A stretch of DNA of 64,000 nt, taken from contig JBBAWM010000003.1 in NCBI GenBank assembly GCA_040397175.1, forward strand, positions 83,599-147,598, in the 5' to 3' direction. The translations under genes and the position numbers were made by a program. Origin of the DNA: Candidatus Limnocylindrus sp. GTDB lineage: Bacteria; Chloroflexota; Limnocylindria; Limnocylindrales; Limnocylindraceae. The first letter of the stretch is position 1. The number at the start of each line of letters is the position of its first letter. This document shows, piece after piece, positions 18,893 through 27,847 of the stretch. The notes under the pieces are model-generated. The model ran no database searches, had not been told where the DNA came from, and saw nothing but the letters and a program-made list of their open reading frames with translations.

Positions 18893-20605
18893 CTAGAAGA
18901 GCCCGACGATCTCCCCGCCGTGCTCAAGGTCAAGGTCGATGCGCTCGCCACCAGGGGACTTGTTGAGGCCTGGCATCAGTCGCATATCGCCACAGACGGC
19001 GGTGATAAAGCCGGCACCGGCGGCCAGGGTGACCGCCTTCACGGGAACTCGGAATCCCGTTGGGCGCCCGAGCTTGCTCGCATCGTGCGAGAGCGAATAC
19101 TGGGTCTTCGCCATGCAAATCGGGAGGCGCCCGTATCCGAGCTCTTCGAGACGCGCGAGCCGCTTCGCCGCAGTGGACGAAATATCGACACCATCAGCGC
19201 CGTAGATGCGCATGGCGATCGTTTCGATTTTCTTGGCTAGTGGCATGTCGTCCGCGTAGATCGGTGCGAACTTCGCCTCGCCTGAATTTGCGGCGGCCCA
19301 CACCGCTTCAGCCAACGTGGCTGCACCAGCGCCGCCATCGGTGAAGTGCGTGGTTACCACAGCGGCGCGAGCCCCTGCGGCAAGGGCAGCGCTGCAAATC
19401 GCCTCGTGTTCGGCGGCGGTATCGGTTGGGAAGGCGTTCACGGCGACGACCACGGGGATCCCGAAGGCGCGAACGTTTTCGATCTGCTTCACAAGGTTCT
19501 GTGCGCCAGCGGTAACCGCCGCAACGTTCTCAGCGCTGAGTGCGGGATCGAGCGGCTTACCGGCAACAATCTTGCCAACACCGCCATGCATCTTAAGCGC
19601 GCGAACGGTTGCGACAATCACCGCCGCATCCGGGGCGAGACCCGAGGCGCGGCACTTGATGTCAAAGAACTTCTCAGCACCCATGTCGGCGCCAAAGCCC
19701 GCCTCGGTCACAACGATCTCGCTCGTTGCGAGGGCAGCGCGGTCGGCGATGATGGAATTATTCCCGTGCGCAATGTTTGCGAACGGGCCGGCATGGACAA
19801 ACGCGGGGCCCCCTTCCAGTGTCTGCAGCAGGTTCGGTTTGATTGCATCGCGCAACAGTGCTGCCATGGATCCAGCGACTTTCAGATCTTCTGTGGTGAC
19901 AGGCTTGCCGTCAGCGGTTTCTGCAACGACGATGCGGCCAAGCCGCGTACGAAGATCAGCAAGATCGGATGCGAGCGCGAGCACCGCCATCACTTCACTT
20001 GCAACCGTGATCACCGTCTCTGATTCACGCACGACGCCGTTCTCGCGACCGCCGAGGCCGATGATCGTCTTGCGGATCGCGCGATCGCTAATGTCAACGA
20101 CGCGCGGCCAGGTGATGCTGCGCAGATCAATGTTGAGCGCGTTGCCGTGATGCAAATGATTGTCAAGGAACGCGGCCGCAAGGTTGTGAGCGGCGCCAAT
20201 GGCGTGCACGTCGCCGGTGAGGTGCAGGTTGAACTCTTCCATGGGGATGACTTGGCTGTAGCCGCCGCCAGCGGCGCCACCCTTGATACCGAAGACCGGC
20301 CCGAGGCTTGGTTGTCGAATGGCAACGGCGGCGCGGTGGCCAATCTTGTTGAGCCCTTGCGCAAGGCCGACGGTGGTGGTGGTCTTCCCTTCACCGAGCG
20401 GCGTTGGGCTGATTGCAGTGACCACAACGTACTTGCCGCGTGCGCCGCTCTTCTCTAGGCGCTCGATCCCTTCAACGGAGAGCTTCGCCTTCGTGCGACC
20501 GTATGGCTCGACCTCATCGTCACGAAAGCCGAGGGCAGCCGCCACCTCACCAATCGGCTTCGGCGTCACGCCACGTGCAATCTCAAGATCAGAAGGGAAT
20601 CCCAT
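18893..20605 (-). CDS. fhs: Formate--tetrahydrofolate ligase
   Basis: 570 aa with PTPLGEGKTTTTVGLAQ P-loop and a conserved FTHFS core. Confidence 0.92.
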   Translation of the reverse strand: MGFPSDLEIARGVTPKPIGEVAAALGFRDDEVEPYGRTKAKLSVEGIERLEKSGARGKYVVVTAISPTPLGEGKTTTTVGLAQGLNKIGHRAAVAIRQPSLGPVFGIKGGAAGGGYSQVIPMEEFNLHLTGDVHAIGAAHNLAAAFLDNHLHHGNALNIDLRSITWPRVVDISDRAIRKTIIGLGGRENGVVRESETVITVASEVMAVLALASDLADLRTRLGRIVVAETADGKPVTTEDLKVAGSMAALLRDAIKPNLLQTLEGGPAFVHAGPFANIAHGNNSIIADRAALATSEIVVTEAGFGADMGAEKFFDIKCRASGLAPDAAVIVATVRALKMHGGVGKIVAGKPLDPALSAENVAAVTAGAQNLVKQIENVRAFGIPVVVAVNAFPTDTAAEHEAICSAALAAGARAAVVTTHFTDGGAGAATLAEAVWAAANSGEAKFAPIYADDMPLAKKIETIAMRIYGADGVDISSTAAKRLARLEELGYGRLPICMAKTQYSLSHDASKLGRPTGFRVPVKAVTLAAGAGFITAVCGDMRLMPGLNKSPGGERIDLDLEHGGEIVGLF

Positions 20606-20614
20606 GCCGAGAGT

Positions 20615-21490
20615 CTACGCTCGCCCGCGCACGAGGCGCTCGGCGGCCTGCGCTGCGTGCAGCGCCAAGATGGCGCTCGTCATTGGCCCAACACCGCCGG
20701 GGACTGGGCTCAGGCCGCCCGTCTCGCCGAGCTGGGCCTCAACACTGGGAGCGTCAACGTCGCCCACGATCGTCTCACCACTCAGGTGAATGCCGACATC
20801 AATCACCACGGTGCCTGGCGACACGTGCTCTCCGCGCACCAGGCCGCGCACGCCGGCGGCAACAACGAGCACGGAAGCGGTGCGCGTTACTACCCCAAGA
20901 TCTGGCGTCTTGGAGTGGGCGACCTCAACGTGTGCCCCCGCCGCCTCTAGGAGTTGCGCCACGGGCCGGCCAACGATGGCGCTGCGCCCCACAACTACTG
21001 CAGCTCGCCCTTGGAGCGGGATCTCGTACGCCTGCAGCAGCTCCATTACCGCCGCCGCGGTGGCGGGGAGGAGTGACGCGTCGTGCGTGCCATCCGCAAG
21101 CCGCTCGGCGTTCACGAGGGTGATGCCATCAATATCTTTTCCTGGCGCAATGGCGGCCGCAACGATCTCTCGCGAAACGCCGCTCGGAAGCGGTGATTGC
21201 AGAATGATCCCCGCAACGTTCTGGTCGGCAGAGAGTGAGGTGAGGGAGGCGAAAATCTCAGCCTCCGTTGCCGTCGAACCAAGTTCCACACGGCGTCCGA
21301 CGAGTCCGGTCGCGCTCACCTGCTTCAGCAGTCGGTCGACGTAGAGGAGCGAGTCAGGTTCGCTCGTTGCAATCACCACGGCGATCTCTGGCGCAGCCCC
21401 CTTCGCGTCGGCGATTGCTCGTGCTGCGATCTCAGTGGCGCGCGCGGTGATCTGCTTTGCAAATGGCTGTGCTGCGAGGCGTTGCGTCAT
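20615..21490 (-). CDS. folD: Bifunctional methylene-THF dehydrogenase / methenyl-THF cyclohydrolase
   Basis: SPVPGGVGPMT signature and Rossmann GRSAIVGRP motif. Confidence 0.9.
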   Translation of the reverse strand: MTQRLAAQPFAKQITARATEIAARAIADAKGAAPEIAVVIATSEPDSLLYVDRLLKQVSATGLVGRRVELGSTATEAEIFASLTSLSADQNVAGIILQSPLPSGVSREIVAAAIAPGKDIDGITLVNAERLADGTHDASLLPATAAAVMELLQAYEIPLQGRAAVVVGRSAIVGRPVAQLLEAAGAHVEVAHSKTPDLGVVTRTASVLVVAAGVRGLVRGEHVSPGTVVIDVGIHLSGETIVGDVDAPSVEAQLGETGGLSPVPGGVGPMTSAILALHAAQAAERLVRGRA

Positions 21491-21496
21491 CGTGCG

Positions 21497-22099
21497 CTAC
21501 GACTGTGTGCTGCGCTCAAGTGCGGCAATAGATGCAGCAGTTTGATTCGCAAGCGTTGCACGCGTCTCTGGGCTGTCAATGAACGGAAGGTTCACCTCAA
21601 TGTTCTCGGCGGCGCTCAAACCTGCGGCGCGTGCGAATCGCAGCGCAACTTCGAGGTCGCTAGCAGCACTTACCAAGCTATGGCCAGTAAGCAACCGCGC
21701 AGCCTCTGCAACCGAGGTAATTGCGCGAAGCGTGTGCAGTGGAACCTCTGCGGCGCGTTCGGCCGCTACAGACATTGCACGACTGCGCTCCTCACGCTCA
21801 TGCTCTTCACTCTTGGGAAGTCGCATCGCCTGTATGAACGTGTCATACGCGGTTGCATCGTCGTCAGCGAGTGTGAGCAGGTCGCTGCGAAGAGTTGCCA
21901 TCTGCGCAGCGGTGCGTTGCTGTAGTGCGGCGTCGGCGCTCTCGGGGCTCTTCTTTAGTGAGAGCCCGGCAACCATCTCCACGAGTGCGGCCGCGGTTGC
22001 ACCACTGACTGCTGCGGCAGCTCCGCCACCAGGCGCTGGTGTGGGCGCAGCGAGTGCTGCAAGAAAATCAGTGAGGGTGTGCTGTGCGATTGAATTCAT
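21497..22099 (-). CDS. Formimino-THF cyclodeaminase / methenyl-THF cyclohydrolase domain protein (FtcD C-terminal-domain homolog, stand-alone)
   Basis: FLAALAAPTPAPGGGAAAAVSGATAAALVEMV matches the cyclodeaminase N-terminal signature. Confidence 0.75.
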   Translation of the reverse strand: MNSIAQHTLTDFLAALAAPTPAPGGGAAAAVSGATAAALVEMVAGLSLKKSPESADAALQQRTAAQMATLRSDLLTLADDDATAYDTFIQAMRLPKSEEHEREERSRAMSVAAERAAEVPLHTLRAITSVAEAARLLTGHSLVSAASDLEVALRFARAAGLSAAENIEVNLPFIDSPETRATLANQTAASIAALERSTQS

Positions 22100-22147
22100 C
22101 TGCGCATCCTATCGCGAGAGCCACGCAGCAGCGGCGCAAGGTGCTGG

Positions 22148-22672
22148 TTAATCGGCCTGTAGATCGCGTGGGCCGTCGCCGTGTCGGCGAGCGAGTGAGA
22201 GGGCAACGGCAAGAGAGATGATGAGTCCGGCGAGTACGCCAAGCTCCCAGAGGATCGGCTCAAGGTTGCCTCCATCGCTCAAGATGCGTTCGGCCTGTGC
22301 GGTGACGACCAGCACGCGTCGAACGACGGCGACAAGACCGATGATGAGAAATGGCTCAAGGATGAGCTGGGTCCGCGCCAGCGAGAGTCGCAACGTATAG
22401 AGCAACTCCGCAATGATGAAGACAAGGAGTACGCGATCAAGAATCAGGAGTGCTGCGTCAATGCCGCCCTCTTGGATTCCCGCAGCAACGAGCCCAACGG
22501 TATCTGCGCCGATCAGAGCGATGGCAATCACCAAGACGCCAGCCAGGGCGATGTCGAGGGTGATCTCGAGGCCGTGCAGCACACCGCGGGCGTGACCGAC
22601 AACAGTGGCAAGGACCGGGCCGAGGACGTGCTCCGTTGGCGACGAGGTTTTAGTGCGCAGCTGCTTCTTCAT
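22148..22672 (-). CDS. PsiE-family membrane protein (phosphate-starvation-inducible E-like)
   Basis: 4-TM architecture; FIIAELLYTL…EPFLIIGLVAVVRRVLVV resembles the PsiE core. Start taken at Met29 (MKKQLRTK). Confidence 0.55.
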   Translation of the reverse strand: MKKQLRTKTSSPTEHVLGPVLATVVGHARGVLHGLEITLDIALAGVLVIAIALIGADTVGLVAAGIQEGGIDAALLILDRVLLVFIIAELLYTLRLSLARTQLILEPFLIIGLVAVVRRVLVVTAQAERILSDGGNLEPILWELGVLAGLIISLAVALSLARRHGDGPRDLQAD

Positions 22673-22692
22673 GCCGCCCAGTATGGCAGGGG

Positions 22693-23010
22693 CTATGCGT
22701 GAACGAGCACCGGCTCCATCTCGGGGATCCCCGAAGCGAACGGCAGGGTCGCCCATGCGTCGTCAAACGCCTGAATAGACCAAGCGCCGGTGCGGCGCGA
22801 GAAGCTGAGCACGAGGGAGGCGTCTTCGGTCTCGATCTCCCAGAGGGTGCGAGGGCCCTCGCTGGCGCTGAAGACGCCGTATTCCCGGCGAAGCGCGAGA
22901 ACCTGGGTCACCTTGCGGCTGATCCCCTCGAAGGCGACCGCGGTTGGGGCGCCGGTGCGCCAGTGCGCCGTCACGGCTACCGAGACTGGGCTGATCGGTT
23001 GCATTGCCAT
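22693..23010 (-). CDS. Hypothetical protein
   Basis: About 105 aa from an internal Met. No motifs recognised. Convergent with rplI. Confidence 0.35.
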   Translation of the reverse strand: MAMQPISPVSVAVTAHWRTGAPTAVAFEGISRKVTQVLALRREYGVFSASEGPRTLWEIETEDASLVLSFSRRTGAWSIQAFDDAWATLPFASGIPEMEPVLVHA

Positions 23011-23163
23011 CCTGAACCTCCTCCCCTCATGGGGGCCTGCGTTAGAACATCTGTTCGTAGTGTCATAGAACATCCGTTCTGTGTCAAGGGGGGGACCTGT
23101 GCGAGAATCGTGCTCCAACGGAGGGCGCCCAGCCCTCCAGCCACAGAAGAAGGAGCCCTACTG

Positions 23164-23610
23164 ATGAAGGTGATCTTGACCGCCAATGTGCCCAAGCTCG
23201 GCAAGGCCGGGGACCAGAAAGAGGTCGCCGGGGGGTACGCCAAAAACTTCCTCTTCGCCAATGGGTTGGCGATCCCAGCCATCGGCGGGGCCGCTTCGCA
23301 GGTCGCTTCAGGGATCGCCTCCCGAGCCGCAAAGCAGGATCGCCAGCGCGGTGAGGCCGAAGGATTCGCCCAGCGCATCAGCTCCACCACGCTGACCATG
23401 GGCGTCAAGGTTGGAGAGGGCGGCAAGCTCTTCGGCTCCATCACCACCAAGGAGATTGCCGAGGCGCTCGATCGCCGCGGCATTAGCGTTGAGAAGCACC
23501 AGGTCATGCTCGACGAGCCACTCAAGCAGCTCGGCTCATACAAGGTGCAGATCAAGGTTGCAGCACACCTCGTCGCCGAGGTGACGGTCGTCGTCGAGCC
23601 GAAGGGCTGA
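23164..23610 (+). CDS. rplI: 50S ribosomal protein L9
   Basis: MKVILTANVPKLGKAGDQKEVAGGYAKNFL start. GAAGGAG Shine-Dalgarno 10 nt upstream. Track ORF trimmed to this ATG. Confidence 0.92.
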   Translation: MKVILTANVPKLGKAGDQKEVAGGYAKNFLFANGLAIPAIGGAASQVASGIASRAAKQDRQRGEAEGFAQRISSTTLTMGVKVGEGGKLFGSITTKEIAEALDRRGISVEKHQVMLDEPLKQLGSYKVQIKVAAHLVAEVTVVVEPKG

Positions 23611-24776
23611 TTACGACTCGTCGCGTTCTGCACGTCGACCTTGACGCGTTCTTCGCGTCGGTCGAGATTCGCGACAATCCGTCGCTCGCTGGCAAGCCCG
23701 TCGCCGTTGGCTACGGCGAAGGTTCCCGTGGCGTAATCTGCGCCGCTTCGTATGAGGCGCGTGCATTTGGCGTTCGCGCCGCCACCTCAGTGCATGTTGC
23801 GCGCACGCGTTGCCCTGATCTCATCCTTATTCCGCCTCGCCACGATCGCTACAGCGATGTTTCGAGTGAAGTGATGGAGGTGCTCGGCGGCTGGAGTCCT
23901 ATCGTTGAACAGGTCTCCGTTGACGAGGCGTATCTCGATCTCAATGGCACCGAGCAGTTGCACGGCTCACTCGAAGATGCGGGCCGAGGCATTCGCGCCG
24001 CAGTGAAATCAGCGACGGGCCTCACCATTAGCGTTGGTGGCGCGGCAAGCAAGCTCGTGGCGAAGATTGCATCTGGCGCCGAGAAGCCGAACGGCCTGAC
24101 CATTGTTGCGCCGGGCAGTGAGGCCGCGTGGCTTGCGCCGCGAAAGGTTGGTGTGATTCCCGGCATTGGGCCCGTCGCACAAAGCGTCTTGCGCGAATTA
24201 GAGATCATCACCTGTGGTGATCTTGCCAGCGCCCCCGACGATCATCTGCTGCGCCGCTTCGGTGATCGCGGACCTGACTTGAAGTTGCTCGCACGCGGCA
24301 TCGACGACACGCCCGTCGATGACGGCGGTGAACGAAAGTCACTCGGCCGCGAGATGACGCTCGATGTCGATATTGCCGATCCGGAAGCGCTAGAGACGCT
24401 GCTGCTCGGACTCGTTGAGTCGGTCGCCTACTCGCTGCGCAGCGAGGGGCTGCTTGCGCGCACGGTGACACTGAAACTCAAAGACGCTGAGTTCCAGTCA
24501 ATCACGCGGCAGGTGAAGCTTGCGCAGCCATCAGATCTTGCCGGCCCCATCTTTGAGGCGGCGCGTGTGCTACTAGAGAAGACGGCGCGCGGCAGCGCCT
24601 ATCGACTCATCGGCGTCTCAACTTCGGACCTCGGCGAGGAGGAACAGCTCGCACTCTTTGACGGAGCGGCACAGGCACGCGAACGCACCATCACCGCAGC
24701 CGCCGACACCATGCGCCGGAAGTACGGTGAGGATGCGATTACGCGCGCGCGACTTCTTGACGAGGTTGAGGAATAG
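23610..24776 (+). CDS. dinB: DNA polymerase IV (Y-family, DinB)
   Basis: The conserved N-terminus (RRVLHVDLDAFFASVEIRDNPSLAGKPVAVG) lies upstream of the first ATG/GTG/TTG in frame (track start 23790). Only ATT (23610, sharing A with the rplI TGA) or CTG (23628) can serve as start. Confidence 0.8.
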   Translation: MTTRRVLHVDLDAFFASVEIRDNPSLAGKPVAVGYGEGSRGVICAASYEARAFGVRAATSVHVARTRCPDLILIPPRHDRYSDVSSEVMEVLGGWSPIVEQVSVDEAYLDLNGTEQLHGSLEDAGRGIRAAVKSATGLTISVGGAASKLVAKIASGAEKPNGLTIVAPGSEAAWLAPRKVGVIPGIGPVAQSVLRELEIITCGDLASAPDDHLLRRFGDRGPDLKLLARGIDDTPVDDGGERKSLGREMTLDVDIADPEALETLLLGLVESVAYSLRSEGLLARTVTLKLKDAEFQSITRQVKLAQPSDLAGPIFEAARVLLEKTARGSAYRLIGVSTSDLGEEEQLALFDGAAQARERTITAAADTMRRKYGEDAITRARLLDEVEE

Positions 24777-24787
24777 CCGAACGGTCG

Positions 24788-26395
24788 CTACTCGATCACG
24801 AACTCAATCAGGGTTACGTCGTACAGCGCAGCACGATTGCCGATTGAGTCCCCTACCGAGAACCAGAGCCGATAGCGGCCGGGTGTTGCATCGTTTCGCA
24901 GCGTAATGGTCTGAACAAACGTCTCCCATCCATTAACGGCCTGGGAGCGGACGATGGAGCCGAGGCCCATATCAGCGGCCCATGGCTGGAACTGATCGTT
25001 CGTTGTTCGTCCGTTTGGGCCGTCAACCCAAGCCACGACCCAAGCAATGCCACTCTCGTCTTTCGCTCGTGTCGTGACCTCAAACGTACTTCCGGCGCGA
25101 ATCACCCCAGCGGAGGTAATCGCCGACATGCCGATCTCTGGGACTCGTGTATCGCCACTGCCACCCACAAGGTCAAAGGGGTAGGTCACAAAGAGTGAAT
25201 CTTCAGCGGTATCAGGGAAGGTGCACTCGCAACCGATCCGCACGATGTAGCCGGCGCTCGGTGCGTTCGTTGGCACGAGACAGCTGATCTCGTATTCGCC
25301 ATCACGCTGGTCACCACTCACGCGAATGGCTGCGACACCAAAGCCACACCAGTTCGATACCCAGCCACTTGGACCGCCAACAAAGGCAACGGGCGCTTGA
25401 TAGCCAGACGAATCGGTCATGCGGAAGCGAATCACCAGCGGTGTGCCCGCATGCACTTGCGCTGGTACTCGGACGTTCGTGATCTGCGCTGGCTCAAAGG
25501 TTCCGTCTCCACCTGGCAGCAGTGGAGCCTCAAGCAGCGGTCGCTCAAGATCCAGCATGCCGCCGCCGGGCATCTCTGCTGTTGGATCATAATCTGTGCC
25601 GTCGCCTACTCCGTCGGCGGGTGGCGCAGTCTGTCGCGCTCCGGATTTGCCGTAGTAATCAGCAAGTTCAAGGGAGGCGAGTTCGTTTCCATCCACATCA
25701 CGGGCCACAACTCTCCCGCTCACCTGACCGCCGGCCGAGAGCCACCACACTGCAAATTGACCGGCGCTGTTTATCGATGCAGAGAAGTCTTCTGACTCTT
25801 GACCAACGACAACCACGTCAACGGTGCCTTCTGGCGCGTGCCCTGAAAGAACCATGACCATCTCGTTCATCCACTCTGTTCCGGCCATAAAATCGATGTC
25901 GAGCTGCGCACTGTCCTGCGCGACTGGTTCACTGAGCATCGCGGGGCCTCGGACCAGCGCTCCTGAGCTATCTCTCAGCAGCATGCAGTGCAATCGGAGT
26001 GTAGGAGTCGACCACACCGCCAAGCTTGCGTTGCCGCGAGAATCAATAAGGTCAAGTGATTCGTCGGAGAGCAGATCCAGTTGCTGCGCCGTAATCGGCA
26101 TTCCCTCCGTACAAATCGTTTTCAATTCAGCGGAAGGGGCGAGCGGGCGGGTATCGGCCGTTGGGCTCCAGGCCAGCGTGGCGCGGGTTGGTTGAGCAAA
26201 CCCAATCACCGAAATGGCAAGTGCAGCAGCGATCGCAATTGGCACAACAAAGGAGCGTCGTGGCGTAGCGTGCGCAGTCGCGCCCGGCTGCTGCTGTGTC
26301 AGTTGCCCTGCAAGTGCCGCGCGCTTGGAGCGGCTCGCGCCAGCGGCGCCTCGTGCTGGGTCCGCCTGCTTCAGTCTCTCTAGTGCGTCCACCAT
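24788..26395 (-). CDS. Anti-sigma factor (membrane-spanning, large extracytoplasmic domain)
   Basis: Directly downstream of the ECF sigma gene. Short cytoplasmic N-terminus, one TM helix (FVVPIAIAAALAISVIGFA), then about 470 aa periplasmic/extracellular Cys-containing domain. Confidence 0.6.
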   Translation of the reverse strand: MVDALERLKQADPARGAAGASRSKRAALAGQLTQQQPGATAHATPRRSFVVPIAIAAALAISVIGFAQPTRATLAWSPTADTRPLAPSAELKTICTEGMPITAQQLDLLSDESLDLIDSRGNASLAVWSTPTLRLHCMLLRDSSGALVRGPAMLSEPVAQDSAQLDIDFMAGTEWMNEMVMVLSGHAPEGTVDVVVVGQESEDFSASINSAGQFAVWWLSAGGQVSGRVVARDVDGNELASLELADYYGKSGARQTAPPADGVGDGTDYDPTAEMPGGGMLDLERPLLEAPLLPGGDGTFEPAQITNVRVPAQVHAGTPLVIRFRMTDSSGYQAPVAFVGGPSGWVSNWCGFGVAAIRVSGDQRDGEYEISCLVPTNAPSAGYIVRIGCECTFPDTAEDSLFVTYPFDLVGGSGDTRVPEIGMSAITSAGVIRAGSTFEVTTRAKDESGIAWVVAWVDGPNGRTTNDQFQPWAADMGLGSIVRSQAVNGWETFVQTITLRNDATPGRYRLWFSVGDSIGNRAALYDVTLIEFVIE

Positions 26396-26472
26396 CTACC
26401 TCCAATCGCTTGCTTGGCTTGCGCATCGATACCCGCGCCTACTCTCTCTATGTCGCCTAGGCCGTCACTCTT

Positions 26473-26952
26473 TCACGCCTCTTTCAATAGTTCGCGCATG
26501 CGGCGCTTTGCCCGGTGGGTGCGGATGGCTGCGGCATTTGCGCTGATCCCCAAGACCCTCCCCACCTCACGGGCGGGCAACTCGTCCCAGACGGCAAGGA
26601 GGAGGGCCTCGCGGTCTCGCTCGGGGAGGGCACTGAGCGCAGCGGTGATTTCGGGTTCGCGGGAGATCACGGGGGCAGGGGCGTCGGGGAGGAGCTGCGT
26701 CACAAACCTGCCGAGGAGGGATTCGCGTCGAACGCGCTTCCGGCGCATGTTGGCAAGGACCTTGCGGCAGATACCAATCGACCATCCGACCTCGGATCCC
26801 TTCGGTATGCGCTCAGGCTGCTGCCAGAGGAGCAACATGGTTTCACTGACGGCATCTTCGGCCTCATCAGGCGAGGCTCGACGGAGGGCGTACCGCCGGG
26901 TCGGCTCGTACACACGATCAAGAAGCGCCTCGAGCTCGCCCACGTCGTACAC
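26473..26952 (-). CDS. ECF-family RNA polymerase sigma factor
   Basis: 159 aa with sigma-70 region 2 (…ETMLLLWQQPERI…) and region 4 (LPERDREALLLAVWDELPAREVGRVLGISANAAAIRTHRAKRRMRE). Confidence 0.8.
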   Translation of the reverse strand: MYDVGELEALLDRVYEPTRRYALRRASPDEAEDAVSETMLLLWQQPERIPKGSEVGWSIGICRKVLANMRRKRVRRESLLGRFVTQLLPDAPAPVISREPEITAALSALPERDREALLLAVWDELPAREVGRVLGISANAAAIRTHRAKRRMRELLKEA

Positions 26953-27046
26953 CCTGCCCCCCTAGATGTCCTTTTGCTCTCTAGGAGTACGTGTCACAAC
27001 TCTACGCATCCTTTCAGGGGGCTGTGCCACCCACTTGACACGGTTC

Positions 27047-27059
27047 CGAACAAGCGTTC
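27047..27059. promoter_or_regulatory. LexA (SOS) box of the Cheo type, CGAACAAGCGTTC
   Basis: GAAC-N4-GTTC dyad 11 bp upstream of the lexA ATG, in the intergenic region shared with the divergent ECF sigma operon. Confidence 0.75.
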
Positions 27060-27069
27060 TAATAACTCT

Positions 27070-27717
27070 ATGACCCGACATGATCAGGACCGCAAGACGA
27101 GGATTCTCCAGGCGATCGCCGAGGGGATCCGCCGCTCAGGCACGCCGCCGACCGTGCGAGAGATCGCCGACCTGGTTGGCCTTGCCGCCCCCTCCGCCGT
27201 GCATCACCACCTCGAGACTCTCGAGCAGGAGGGCCTGATCGAGCGTGGCGCCGGGCTTTCGCGCTCCGTGCGCCTTACCGCCCGCGGCCGCTCCCTTCTG
27301 GAGATCGACAGCGAGCTCGAGACAACGAACCTGCCGATGGCCGCCCGCGAGCTGGTCGTGGTGGGGCAGATCGCCGCCGGTGGGCCGATCGAGGCCTATG
27401 AGGAGCGCTCCGAGACGGTCGCCGTCCCTGAGTTCATGTCGACCCCCGACTCCTACCTGCTGAAGATTCGCGGCGACTCCATGATCGACGCCCAGATCGC
27501 CGACGGCGACTACGTCGTGATCAAGCCGAGCAAGGTCGCCGCCGATGGCGACATCGTGGTCGCCCAAGTCGAAGAGAACGAGGTCACCCTAAAGCAGCTC
27601 TTCCGCGAGACCGGTCGGGTGCGCCTGCAGCCAGCCAACAAGGCGTACAAGCCGATGTACTACCCCGCCGTGAACGTGCAAGGAGTACTGGTCGGCGTTC
27701 TTCGCCGCGTTCACTAA
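27070..27717 (+). CDS. lexA: LexA repressor
   Basis: N-terminal wHTH (PPTVREIADLVGLAAPSAVHHHLETLEQEGLIER), Ala-Gly cleavage site, S24 peptidase domain (GDSM…K). The track ORF 26515.. was trimmed to this Met. Confidence 0.92.
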   Translation: MTRHDQDRKTRILQAIAEGIRRSGTPPTVREIADLVGLAAPSAVHHHLETLEQEGLIERGAGLSRSVRLTARGRSLLEIDSELETTNLPMAARELVVVGQIAAGGPIEAYEERSETVAVPEFMSTPDSYLLKIRGDSMIDAQIADGDYVVIKPSKVAADGDIVVAQVEENEVTLKQLFRETGRVRLQPANKAYKPMYYPAVNVQGVLVGVLRRVH

Positions 27718-27847
27718 CCTCCGCCTCGGCGCCGGGCGCCGACTTATCCACAGCCGAAGGGGCCCGATCCCCTCTTCGTGGAGAGATTGGGGCAGATCTG
27801 TGGGCATCCATCTAGAGCGTAAACGACGCGACTGAGAGAATACGCGC

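Noticed and set aside
26515-27069. 185 extra N-terminal codons on the lexA track ORF
   Set aside because: This region is the sigma/lexA intergenic spacer plus the sigma gene on the other strand. LexA homology begins at the Met at 27070.
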